A stretch of 64,000 nucleotides of DNA from Folioceros fuciformis. Taxonomy: Eukaryota. Location of the stretch: contig JBNGIO010006373.1 of the NCBI GenBank assembly GCA_049999805.1, positions 561,779-625,778 on the forward strand, in the 5' to 3' direction. The notes beneath the pieces are model-generated. The model searched no databases and was not told where the DNA came from. It worked only from the letters and a program-made list of their open reading frames with translations. Every line of letters begins with the position of its first letter. The stretch's first letter is position 1. The position numbers were made by a program, and so were the translations under genes. Positions 34,601 to 44,569 of the stretch are shown piece by piece.

Positions 34601-34948
34601 CTCCTGACGTCGACTGCCCAGAGTTTCAGCTGATACTGCCCTCTTGTATCCTGCACGACATCCCATCTGCATATCCACAGCATCCACCCGGGGCAATTCC
34701 GCATGCTGCTCCCTGATACTGCATCGTAGTATGGAGTCCGAGAAAAAATGCCGCCACGAGAGCTCGGGGCGATGACCTTCGGCGGACGGTGCATATGCAA
34801 CCAGACATACTGTTGGACGGGCTGGCTTCGCAGCGCTTCCTACAATACACGTCAAGGCATCACGTCGTTGGGTCCACGGCAGCTGTCCCCCCAACGGATC
34901 CTGTTGCCCTTTGATGAGTGACTCGACTGTCAAGCTCAAGACAGCCAT
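31688..34948 (-). CDS. PLS-class PPR protein #5 (six modules, one internally deleted; E + truncated WW PG box)
   Basis: Six YAKCG modules; KQPGQSWWTDMDGLVHSF; first ATG at 34948 (MAVLSL). Confidence 0.92.
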   Translation of the reverse strand: MAVLSLTVESLIKGQQDPLGGQLPWTQRRDALTCIVGSAAKPARPTVCLVAYAPSAEGHRPELSWRHFFSDSILRCSIREQHAELPRVDAVDMQMGCRAGYKRAVSAETLGSRRQEGQLAEAVEALGVLVRTGFHVSQSDFYTVLKQCLTTKDLLLGRRVHALSLKNGRESDTFLCNHILRMYASHAKLQEAIDVFNMVARPDAFTWSAIISAHVEQGQGKQAIELYHRMRKSSVKADGHVFVAALQACAKHGDLKTGQQVHSDLLATGVEHHLVVWNCLVDMYAKCGSLADAQKVFDCLGEKDVVTWNAMIAGYSQQGMGKEALNLYSVMQGGMAEPDSVTFACLLQACASAGTLGLEKGEELHAQIRERGLQANVFVGSSLVNMYAKCGSLEDARVVFDGLGQKNVVTWSAMIAGYSQQGLGLEALHLYRIMEGEGKIAPNSVTFVGILQACGSVGPLALETGKEFHAQIREQGFEADVCVASSLVDMYAKCGSIEDARVVFDKLPQKEVVTWNAMIAGYSHKGLGQEALWLFRTMANEGMAVPNSVTFVCLLQACASIGAGAWETGKQLHAQIREQGLQTEALVVSSLLTMYAKCGSLEAALHLYRALQDEGTSIPASVAFPCLLQACASVGSPALEKGRHLHAQLKKLGHQADVLIDNSLINMYAKCGCLEDAQRVFDGLDSKDVVTWTTLIAGYSQQGMGQEALHLHSAMEEGGTAGLDSVTFVCLLQACVSVGALALEKGKQLHGQIKERGLQTDAVVASSLVNMYAKCGSLKDAQGVFDILLEKNVVTWTALIAGYSHQGLNQEAIRLYLAMQAEGTVTPDSVTFVCLLQACASVAALHLGRQLHAEIKEQGLELDLSVASSLIDMYSKSGSMVDAQQVFDALPRRDVVIWSALIAGYTCQGQSEKVFDLFQLMTVDGIQPDSITFLSVLTVCSHTGLLEKGQEYFEVMTRHYGITPTVEHYTCMVDLLGRQGRLDESLALVRSLPVVPNAPVWHTLLGACRTWSNVEVGLRAFDEALKLDKNDAAAFVLMSSIYAGAEMWEQARKMQARRKGIGAWKQPGQSWWTDMDGLVHSFCCRG

Positions 34949-35997
34949 GCCGGGCAGGAGCACGAGCTCACCGTGTGACACCCATCTGCCGCTGGGCAGA
35001 ATTGTGTACCGCACATGATGGACACTGCCATAACCAAGCTGGCCAACCAGCCCTGTGGGTAGGAAACAAAGCAACGACCGTAATTTCCATGAGCCATTCC
35101 ATCGATGCCAATGACGGTGACATCTGACTTCAGAGTGAGCGGATGCCGAACATGCATCGGATCTCCGACCACCAAGCTCATGCAGTGCAGACTTCTAGCT
35201 TGTCACTTGCACCAGTTTCGATACCTGCCGAGCAATTGTGCTTGTCCATGTGGAAAACCGGGAGAGACGCTGTCCTTGCATGCAGCACGTGAAATGTGTC
35301 TTGATCAAGGAAGATGGAACGAACGAAAGATAGAAAAACGGCGTGCTCAGTCCACTTGCCGAAACATCCACGTTTCGTCAGCTGAGAGTACCATGCCCGG
35401 AAGCATCCCAAAGAGTGTCGATGCTGGCCCAGATACTCCCGAATTTTACATAAAAGTAGACTTTCCTGCCTACTTACACACGAGAGGACTTCCACTCGAC
35501 ACCAGCAGAAATATCCAGACGAAGAAAATGCGCGATTTTCTTCACTCGGCTCGTTGGGCCTTGCAGCACTCGAGGAAGGTAGTTAACCACGTGTAGTGTT
35601 CTACCATGAGGCTGTTGCAAGTTTTCGGACAGCTTCACGTATTCTTGGGCCTGTTCACAAGACCGATACAGGTGAATGAACACCCGATTGGCTGAGGGAG
35701 CTGGTTCAGGGAACACGTGCTTTGCCATTTCTGGGGCAGCAGACCTGGCTGGAGGCCAAACTAGCACCAAAGGGTGATCTTCTCTGACATAACCAGTATG
35801 GTTGTCAACTGACTTGAACCATCCATCTATTTAATCATGGGGCCGGCTCAATGACGTGGAGTTGGACTGTAATGTTCTTGGGTGATCTCCAGAGGGCCAA
35901 TCAGCTACGCAGCAACCTTCTCGGCAGCAGCAGCGTGACGGTAACTAGTCCACATTTTTCGTTCTTCAGTTTGCCAGGACACTGTGTCAGCCTTGCT

Positions 35998-38844
35998 TCA
36001 CTCCCATACGGCCCCTGTTTGGCCTGCCCTAACCAAGAAACTATGGACCCGTCCTCCCATGTCTGTCCACCAGCTCTGTCCTGGCTGCTTCCATGCTCCA
36101 TTTTCTTTTCTCCTTACCTGCATATCCCGGGCTTGCTCCCACATTTCAGCACCCGCATATATGTTCGACATCAACATGTATGCTGCGGCATCCTTCTTGT
36201 CCAGCTTCACTGCTTCATCAAACGCGCAACGTCCCACCTTCACATTGTTCCACTTTTGGCAAGCGCCCAACAGAGCACTCCAGACTGCTGCATCAGCTTG
36301 TAGAGGCATTGATCTTACTAGTGCTAGTGCGTCATCCACGCGACCTGCACGACCCAGGAGATCCACCATACAAGTATAATGCTCCACCGTGGCACTTACG
36401 CTAGGGCATTGGCTCATAGTCTGGAAGTACTCTTGCCCCTGGTTGACGAGACCTTTATGGCTGCATACTGTTAATACACTAAGGAACGTGATGCTGTCTG
36501 GCTGGATCCCATTCTCTCTCATCCTCTGAACCAGGTCAAAGACCTTCTCACTTTGCCCTTGAGAAGCGTATCCAGCAATCAGTGCACTCCAGGTAACAAT
36601 GTCTCTGTTGGGCAATCCATCAAATACCTCTTGAGCATCATCCATGCTCCCCGACTTTGAATACATGTTAATCAAACTGCTCGCCAAGAACACATCAGCC
36701 AGAAGGCCCTGTTCTTTGATCTGTGCATGCAGCTGCTTTCCCAGATGCAGAGCTGCCACATTTGAACATGCCTGCAAGAGGAATACAAACGTCACACAAT
36801 CTGGCGCGACAAGACCTTCTTCTTGCATAGCAAGATATAGACGAAGAGCTTCCTGACCCATGCCCTGCTGGGAATATCCTGCTATAAGGGCAGTCCAAGT
36901 CACCACATTTTTTTCAGAAAGTCTGTCAAACACACCCAAAGCTTCCTCAAGGCTGCCACACTTTGCATACATGTTGACCAGACTGTTGGATACAGAAACA
37001 TCTGCTTGGAGTCCTTGTTTTCTGAGCTGCGCATGAATCTCCCTCCCCGTCACCAAAGCCAGGGTGCCTACACTTGCACAAGCCTGCAGGAGGCACAAGA
37101 AAGTCACAGAAGTCGGCACGGCAGTGCCTTCTCGCATACAAGCATACAGACGAAGGGCTTCCTGGCCCATGCCCTGCTGAGAATACCCTGCAATCAAAGC
37201 ATTCCACGTCACCACAGTTTTTTGGCCTAGTGTCTCAAACACCCCTTGGGCATCTTCCAAGCTTCCACACTTGGCGTACATGTTTACCAAACTGTTGGCT
37301 ACGAACACTTCAGCTTGATGTCCTCGTTCTCTGATTTGTGCATGGAGCTGCCTTCCCTCCTCCAATGCCTGGGGTCCAACACTTGCACAAGCTTGCAGGA
37401 GACACACAAATGTCACAGGATCAGGTGCAGCCACCCCTTCCTCTTGCATAGCCCTGTAAAGAGCGAGGGATTTTTGGCCCTGGCCCTGCTGTGAATACCC
37501 TGCTATCATGGCATTCCATGTAACTATATCTTTCTTACGTAGGCCATCAAAGATTTTTTGAGCTTCTTCCAAGCTGCCACATTTTGCGTACATGTCTATT
37601 AAGCTGCAACATACTACCACATTGCCCTGAAGTCCTCGTTCTCCTATCTGAGAATGAATCTGCTTCCCCTGTTCCAAAGCAGAGCTGCCAACACGTGCAC
37701 AGGCCTGAAGGACGCACACAAATGTAACAGAATCGGGTGTAACGACACCCTCATCTTGCATAGCCCTGTAAAGACGAAGAGCTTCTAGCCCCATGCCCCG
37801 CTGGGAATATCCTGCTATCATGGCACTCCATGTCACCACATCTTTTTGGGAAATCCCGTCAAAAACCCTTTGGGCGTCTTCCAGGCTCCCACACTTCGCA
37901 TACATGTCTACTAGGCAACTGGAGACAAACAAATTCGGCCCAATACGACTAGCCAGCACATCAGCATGCACCTGCTGTCCAGATATCAGGTCTGTGCCCT
38001 TTGCACAAGCCTGAAGCGCTGCTACAAACACATGTGCATCAGGCTTCACACCTGATCTTCGCATCCGATGGTATAGTTCTATGGCCTGCTTGTCTTTTCC
38101 GTGTTTAACATGCGAAGAAATTATCGAAGACCACATAAAGGCATCAGGCTCAGCCACCATATCGAACACATCCATAGCTTCCTGCAACCTGGCATGAGAG
38201 GCGTACATTCGCAGGATGTGATTGCACAGAAACGTGTCCGACTCATACCCCTTTCTCACAGCAAGAGAATGCACACGGCGCCCAAGTCGCAGATCCTTCT
38301 TAACCACGCATTTTCTCAGGAGCGCATAAAAGAGAGATTTGGATATCCGGCAGTCTGTCCTCACGAGACTTTCCAAAGCCTCGACAGCCTCCGTGAGCAC
38401 CCCCTTGTGACATAGCTTGCTCACAGTTTCAGCTGTAACGCCGCTTTCGCATCTTGCAGGCCTGTCACGGCGACGATCCTGCATACCCGGAGCACCCAAC
38501 TGGGCATCCATCCAAGGTCGCTTGTAGACGCTGTTCAGCCGGAGGACCTCCTGGGAAGCCGTGTGCCGGAAATCCGGCGAGCGGGACGCCTTCTTGAGAG
38601 TCGGGTCCGGAGAGAACTGTCGCCAGATATCCTGGCGGCTGCCCTCACCCGAAAGTCCGTATCCAGTAGCATATCCTCTTGGACGAGCTGTCTTTCCTGC
38701 ATATGTGCTGCACCTTGCAGCTTCCCTGTTGGCCAGCGGCTGCTGCCTGCTAGGCAGGTGAGGGGGAACTCTTCCCCGAATACCTTTTAGCCTCCAGACG
38801 GCCATGGCTTGCAATAGGTCGCGCTTGCCCGCTGAATGAAACAT
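35998..38844 (-). CDS. PLS-class PPR protein #6 (E + truncated WW PG box), 948 aa
   Basis: Four modules; KQPGQSWWTDMGGRVHSF. Confidence 0.93.
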   Translation of the reverse strand: MFHSAGKRDLLQAMAVWRLKGIRGRVPPHLPSRQQPLANREAARCSTYAGKTARPRGYATGYGLSGEGSRQDIWRQFSPDPTLKKASRSPDFRHTASQEVLRLNSVYKRPWMDAQLGAPGMQDRRRDRPARCESGVTAETVSKLCHKGVLTEAVEALESLVRTDCRISKSLFYALLRKCVVKKDLRLGRRVHSLAVRKGYESDTFLCNHILRMYASHARLQEAMDVFDMVAEPDAFMWSSIISSHVKHGKDKQAIELYHRMRRSGVKPDAHVFVAALQACAKGTDLISGQQVHADVLASRIGPNLFVSSCLVDMYAKCGSLEDAQRVFDGISQKDVVTWSAMIAGYSQRGMGLEALRLYRAMQDEGVVTPDSVTFVCVLQACARVGSSALEQGKQIHSQIGERGLQGNVVVCCSLIDMYAKCGSLEEAQKIFDGLRKKDIVTWNAMIAGYSQQGQGQKSLALYRAMQEEGVAAPDPVTFVCLLQACASVGPQALEEGRQLHAQIRERGHQAEVFVANSLVNMYAKCGSLEDAQGVFETLGQKTVVTWNALIAGYSQQGMGQEALRLYACMREGTAVPTSVTFLCLLQACASVGTLALVTGREIHAQLRKQGLQADVSVSNSLVNMYAKCGSLEEALGVFDRLSEKNVVTWTALIAGYSQQGMGQEALRLYLAMQEEGLVAPDCVTFVFLLQACSNVAALHLGKQLHAQIKEQGLLADVFLASSLINMYSKSGSMDDAQEVFDGLPNRDIVTWSALIAGYASQGQSEKVFDLVQRMRENGIQPDSITFLSVLTVCSHKGLVNQGQEYFQTMSQCPSVSATVEHYTCMVDLLGRAGRVDDALALVRSMPLQADAAVWSALLGACQKWNNVKVGRCAFDEAVKLDKKDAAAYMLMSNIYAGAEMWEQARDMQVRRKENGAWKQPGQSWWTDMGGRVHSFLVRAGQTGAVWE

Positions 38845-39279
38845 GGGCAGACAAGTCGCTGGCGACTAGCCTGCAAGTCATCGACAAGGCCAGTGTTCCG
38901 GACGGTCGCATCTGGAGCAGCAGACGGGAGCATGCCATCGAGCAATGGAGCCTCAAGATCCAGAGCCATCACAGGAGCAAACTCGTCTTCGATCCCTCCC
39001 CTTCCAACAGAACCCACCTACCAGAACCCGACTACATTCATTAACCAGTCTCCCACGCTTATTAAACATCTAAAACAAATTGCGGAAGAAGAGCAACTCG
39101 CCAATTTATAGGCCAACGCATGGGCACAGGGAGGAAGTATGTACGTTCGGAGTCCAAGCCAAACCCGACTTTGTGGGAGGGTTTATACGTACAGTATGGT
39201 GACCGGGCTGTCAGCGCCACGACGCACTGATCACGGGCTGGTTTTACATATGATACTCGGTGACAAGGATTTGCTTTTA

Positions 39280-40030
39280 CACTTAAGAGTCAACTTGGAT
39301 ATTCCCTGCCTTTCCTCTTGGCACATTGTCTTTGTAGAGTGTCTTCAAGCTAAGCTCTTTGTAGTAGAAGATCACAAGGTGATTGAGTTTGGCACACCAT
39401 GAAGGAGGACGAGAATGAGATAACTTCACAAGTCCCTGGAGTGATGTTCTTACATAATCAGGATAATCTTGGATAATCAAGAGGACATAAATCCAACAAT
39501 GTTGTTAACACCATCCATGATAACTGAGGACAACAATTAGAATGAGAATCTAGGATAGATGACTTGTTGGCATCTAATGATCCCTAAGAAGATGGTCATA
39601 ACCAAGCTAGTGTAAACTGACCTTACATCATGTAGAGTTACTCATATTTCCTGATACCTACGAGACCCTTAAATGTAAGTGTTTTGAATTGCACTAGGCT
39701 TTGGTGTGACAAGGCTTTTTTGGATCTTAGTCAAGCTCGTTGTTTGTTCCCTCCATTTTTATTGTCATGAGGGTTCCTTGAGCTTGATCGACCTTCTGGA
39801 TTTCAAGTTTCTACTATGATAAGGATTCTCATGCAGAGTATGATCTTCCTTCCAATTTGTATTGTAATAAGGGTTCTCGTTGGACTTGGTCTAGCTTCTA
39901 ATTTGTTCCATCTTTACCTCCAATGGCAAGGGTCATGTTTTCAAAAGGCTTGGCTTGGCTTGGCCCACCTTCTAGCTCATTTCATTCCTAATTCGATAGT
40001 GAGATTAACGTGCTCTTGGGGCATGGTTAG
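39280..40030 (-). mobile_element. Highly decayed LTR-retrotransposon (Gypsy-like) pol relic
   Basis: Minus-strand LLHGVPNSIT (~39380-39410) resembles integrase LHGVPxSIVSD; the rest is AT-rich and stop-riddled. Confidence 0.35.
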
Positions 40031-40923
40031 TGAAGCATGATATAGTAGAGAGATACAATCACTATAGAGATGGTGATCTCAATGTCTACATGTATTGACA
40101 CTTTATTCTATCCTTCAAAAGATGTATGTTTGTTTGTTGCAGTGGACATCCTACTTGAGAGGCCCGAGGCACGTTGGAAGTGCTCTTCCAAACCGACAAA
40201 GGCTCCACGGGGAAGAGGAACATGCACTCTACGACACTCTTATAAGCGCGCATTAGAGTATTGATCTGTAAAGTTGTGAAGGGAGCGAAAGTGGAAAATT
40301 TAAAACGCAGTGGAAGCCAGAGCCGTTGCCCCATTCAAATTCGAAATGGGGCCAACCTTTCCTTTCCCCTAACCGAGACAGTGATTGACGATTCGGAAAG
40401 CGTGTCACGGTACGGCAGGGCCGTGAGTAGGAGTACTGTGTATGTGAGTTGCGGTTGGTGCGGCTGAAGCCTCTCCAGACTGCCTCGCTTTTCGGATTCA
40501 AAAACTTTGGCAGCACAGCCAAATTGCTTGTCGAGATGTCCAGCCCGCCCACGCACTCAGCATTTGTCCTGCCCTCCACATTTTGGTTGCGCGCGCCTGC
40601 ATTCCGCCACCCGCTCGCCTTCCTGCCTTTCCGTCGCCCTTCTCGTGTGAATGCTGGACCGAGCGCTTGTTCTGGCCCTGCTGCACCTTTCTTGGACGTG
40701 AGAATTCAGGGTCGCTTGCCGAGCCAGCTGCGACCTGCATTAGCCCGGTGGATGCCTGGGCGCGGAGACTTCTTGGTGGGAAGTCCGGTCAGGAATTCTC
40801 AGTTGGTGCGCCCGCATTGCTTTGCTGCGGCCCGGGTGGATGGAGATGACATCTGGCGTCCGAAAGGGGGCTCTGTTTGCCCGGGTTCGTGCGTTTTGAG
40901 GAGCTCCTGAGCGGGGAGGGAGT

Positions 40924-43900
40924 ATGGCGGGACTGAGGAAAGACGGAAAGAGGAAGAGGAAGTCGGAGATCTCGTCACCTGAACTCGGGATGCGAGTGGG
41001 GGCGGGCAAGAGCGGGCTGGGGACGCATGCGGGGAATCAGGATGATGATGGGGTCCACGGTGGCCGGATGAAGCCGCTGTCCAGTCTGGATGTTAACCAG
41101 AGTGTGGTGCAGCGGCAGAGGGGCCTGGATTTGGGACTTTTCGACCTCAAGAAGGCGCGGTCTCCGTCTACTGTGAGTGTCGTCTGTTTTGCTGCGACAG
41201 TTGCGTGCTTGTGGAGAAGTCGATGTCCCGGGAGTTTGATGGAATGGTTTGTTCTCATTATGTCGTGGTGGCCAGGCCTCCGCGGCTGCTAAAATCACTG
41301 AGAGGGCGAGGGAAAGGGCGAGAATGTGTTTGCTTGATGATAACAAGGAGAACGGCGCTCCCAGGGTGAATCCTCCGGGTTTCCGGCCTTTCAGGGGCAC
41401 AAAGAGGAAGACTGCAAGTCCGGAAGGTATAACAGTTTGAGATTGTGGGGCAAACGGATCCGTTGTTGGATGAAACATAGCAAAGCTTTGAAATGTGTAA
41501 CGTGCGTGTTCCAGGGTCCGTGATTAAGGCAGTTAGTCAAGTGACGCACACTGGACTACCTTCCCGATTGTGGTCTGCGAGGAATCTGGATGCCCAGGCC
41601 TATGGCCAGAGTAGTGGTACGGAAAACGGTGGAGGGGGAGGCGTAGATGCCCTCGAAGCTGTTCGAGGTCTGTTCAAGCCTGCTTGCGAGAGCAGCTCAG
41701 CGAGGAGTGATGATAGGGACGTGCAGACAGTTCCCATCCAGATCCTGGGATTCCAAACTGTGTGCACCGGGTCGGAGGCTGGCTGTTCAGACGGTCTGGC
41801 GCAAAGCTCGCAGGACAGTTCCAGGCCAGTGGTTCTGCTGGACACGAAACAAGTAGCCAGCGTACAGCCTCTGAGGAGTGAGAAAGGATTTAAGAAGCCC
41901 TGCAATGCTTCGGATGTCGAAGCTTCAGCAAGAAAACAACATGAAGTAGGTGACAAGTGTGAAGGAGGCATTACAACATTGAGACCGGACGCTCTGCCCG
42001 TGGATGCGGAGGTCAAAATGGGGCCTGTTTCGTTGCGACAGATCAGGCATCAACTTTCCTGTGCAAGCATGCATTTCAAGAGAGAGGAGCTGAGAAGTAA
42101 TTCTCACTCGACGTCGACTGTCCTGCTGCGGAGCAACGGAAGTGCAACTGGTATTATCCATGACGTCAAGCCCAAGGCGACCAGAGTGGAGGCTGTGTGC
42201 AATGGACCTGTCCCCGCATTCGCCCAGGCTCAGAAGCTGTTGCCACCTAGGATTGGAACGCCAGGCTGCCAGACAGGTGCTTCACCAAGCCCCAAACAGT
42301 ATTCCAGGATCATCAATCAGCACATTGTATCCAGCTCCGCCAATTCGAGGTCGGAGTCGTCAGGCCATTCCACACTCCGAGTGCGGGTGAATCCAAACCT
42401 TACCCGCCAGTCCAGTTTGATGAGCAGCTCGCAGCCGCTGCCCCCGACAGGCAGGAAAACCAGAGTGTTCAAGACACGCGCGGATTCGCTGGGTGGTCTA
42501 GGAGGTGAAGTCCCTTTCCTGCAAAACCGACAGAGCAACACGCGTCCTGTTCCGCAACGGACTCTGGGCGTTGTGGAGGGCGCGAATGTGAACCAGGTTC
42601 CAAGCCAGAATCAGAATTCGCATTCTGCACCGGGCAATACCGGGTTCGCCTCCATGAATCTCAAGTTCTTACCGCAGCAGAGCCGGTTTGCTCCGAATTA
42701 TCTTCCTCTGCCCTCTCGGCAAAGGGGTGGCGGACGACCCAGGAAGACTTCCTGCAGCAAAACGCGTTCAGCTTTGGTAGATGTTCCAAGGGACGTGAGA
42801 AGGGACAGCACCAGGAAGGTGATTCAAGTTGCAGAGCCCAGTGGATTGCTTGGCGAGTTTAATCCTGGAATTATCAGCCGCATCCGAGACTCCAAGCAGG
42901 TGCAAGCGATACTTGGGGCAGTGGTAGGACCGGAAGCTATGGAGGCACTTGCTGAGCAGCGACGGCTGAAGAAAGAAACAGAGGAGCGAAAGCAAGCGGA
43001 AGCTAAGTCCGAAGAAGAAGCTGAGAAACGAGAACGAAGACAGAGGTCGCCAGTGACTGATGGAGCAAACAGGTTGGGAAGAAACGTAGAAAGCCAACAA
43101 GCAGGCGTAGATATCATAGCTTCTGCATATACAGATGTTGCAAATGGTGCAGCTGTCCTGGCTGGACTCGATGGGAGCAGTGGTTGTGACCGAATCATGA
43201 AGGACAGCAACCTGCATTGCCATCAACCGTCAGATGCAGCCTTGTATTCGCAGGGGTTGAGTGGAGACGTGAGAGTAGGAGGAAATGCACGAGTTGATGC
43301 AGGTACCAACCCCGACTGTGATGCTTTAGAGGCCGAAGGTCTTTCCTCAATGGATCCGAATCTCTGTACAGGAGGTGTATCTCTTCCCCTCGCTCTTGAG
43401 TTTCAAGTGGGCTCTAGTTGCCATTGCTAACTTTTTGCTGGGGTGGAACTTCAGTGGCTTCTGTGGCATGTCGATGGCTGGAGCTGCTGGTCATGGACAT
43501 GAAGGGTCGTATTGCAGGTCATATAGCGGATCAGTCCTATGCTGCCTGTGTTTTCACATCTAGGATAGGAAGAAGACCCATTGTGCTAAATTACCCTGGG
43601 ATTTGCAGCTCTAAAACGCAGCAGACGGAGATTTAGAAACGTGCTTTGCTCTGGGGAGTTAGATATCTTGACAGGGGCTTCGGGTGCGTCCCTTTCCAAA
43701 GCCCAAAACGGTGGTAGCGGCGACAAGCAAGAATTGCAAGGACTTCACATGAGCGGATGGAAGAAATTATTCATGAGCATGGATGGTATGCTCAGTATGG
43801 AGGGTAGCAAACTGGTGAGTTCAACCTATCCCACTCACGTTGTGTTCGGACGTCGACTACATCGTACACTCTCCTCACTGGCTGCCAGTTTTTGCGCTCT

Positions 43901-44178
43901 ACAGGAAATCTCTCTGAAACAAGTCACTGATCTCCAGATAAATTGTCGTCATGCTTTAGAATTTGCAACCGAGCCCGTTGTGAGGTGTGTTCAGACCATC
44001 CTTCCGTGATTCACTTGGTTTCTTTTTCAGTACCACGTTTCGAGAACCTGACAACTTGATCGTCCTTGACAGCGGTCTCCCCCCCGCGGAGAAACGGAAG
44101 AGGGAAATGGCGCTAGCTGCCTCAACTGCAAATGTCTTCTCGACAGCCCATCTCACCTCCTCCATGCTCTTTATGTGA
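40924..44178 (+). CDS. Uncharacterised plant protein, basic NLS-like N-terminus, largely low-complexity with conserved-looking C-terminal blocks; multi-exon
   Basis: KRKRK; large exon ~41515-43407 with LLGEFNPGIISRIRDSKQVQAIL; later exons ASVACRWLELLVMDMKGRIA, ALKRSRRR, WKKLFMSMDGMLSMEG, AASTANVFST; GT-AG introns. Confidence 0.75.
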
Positions 44179-44569
44179 TCTCATGCCGCACGGATGGCAC
44201 GCATGCATGGCATGTGCCGTGGGCAAGAAGATCCATTCATCGAGGCGAAGTAGAAATTGTATTGTTGTAGGAACTGTAGTCATTCATTCATTCGTCTTGT
44301 CTTCTGGACGTTCAATACGCCTAAAGCTGGCGGGATCCCAGGATTCAAAGCGAGGCAGCTGTGATGCTGTACTGCAGCCATCCATGTGAACTATTTTTTA
44401 ATCACATGCGTGCTTCAGTCAGCAACTGGAGGCACATGTTCTGCCGTTTCCCTACCTAATATTTTGCAAGACAGGTTGCATTCCCCATCTAACCAAACCA
44501 ATTTAAGTACCCCTTGCACCCAATAGGCTAGCTTGAAGGATAACGATGAAAGCAGTACGCTCAAGGCTG

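Noticed and set aside
21513-38415. Many plus-strand ORFs over the PPR genes
   Set aside because: Antisense shadows of repetitive coding sequence; only 31323-31689 is a genuine inverted homolog.
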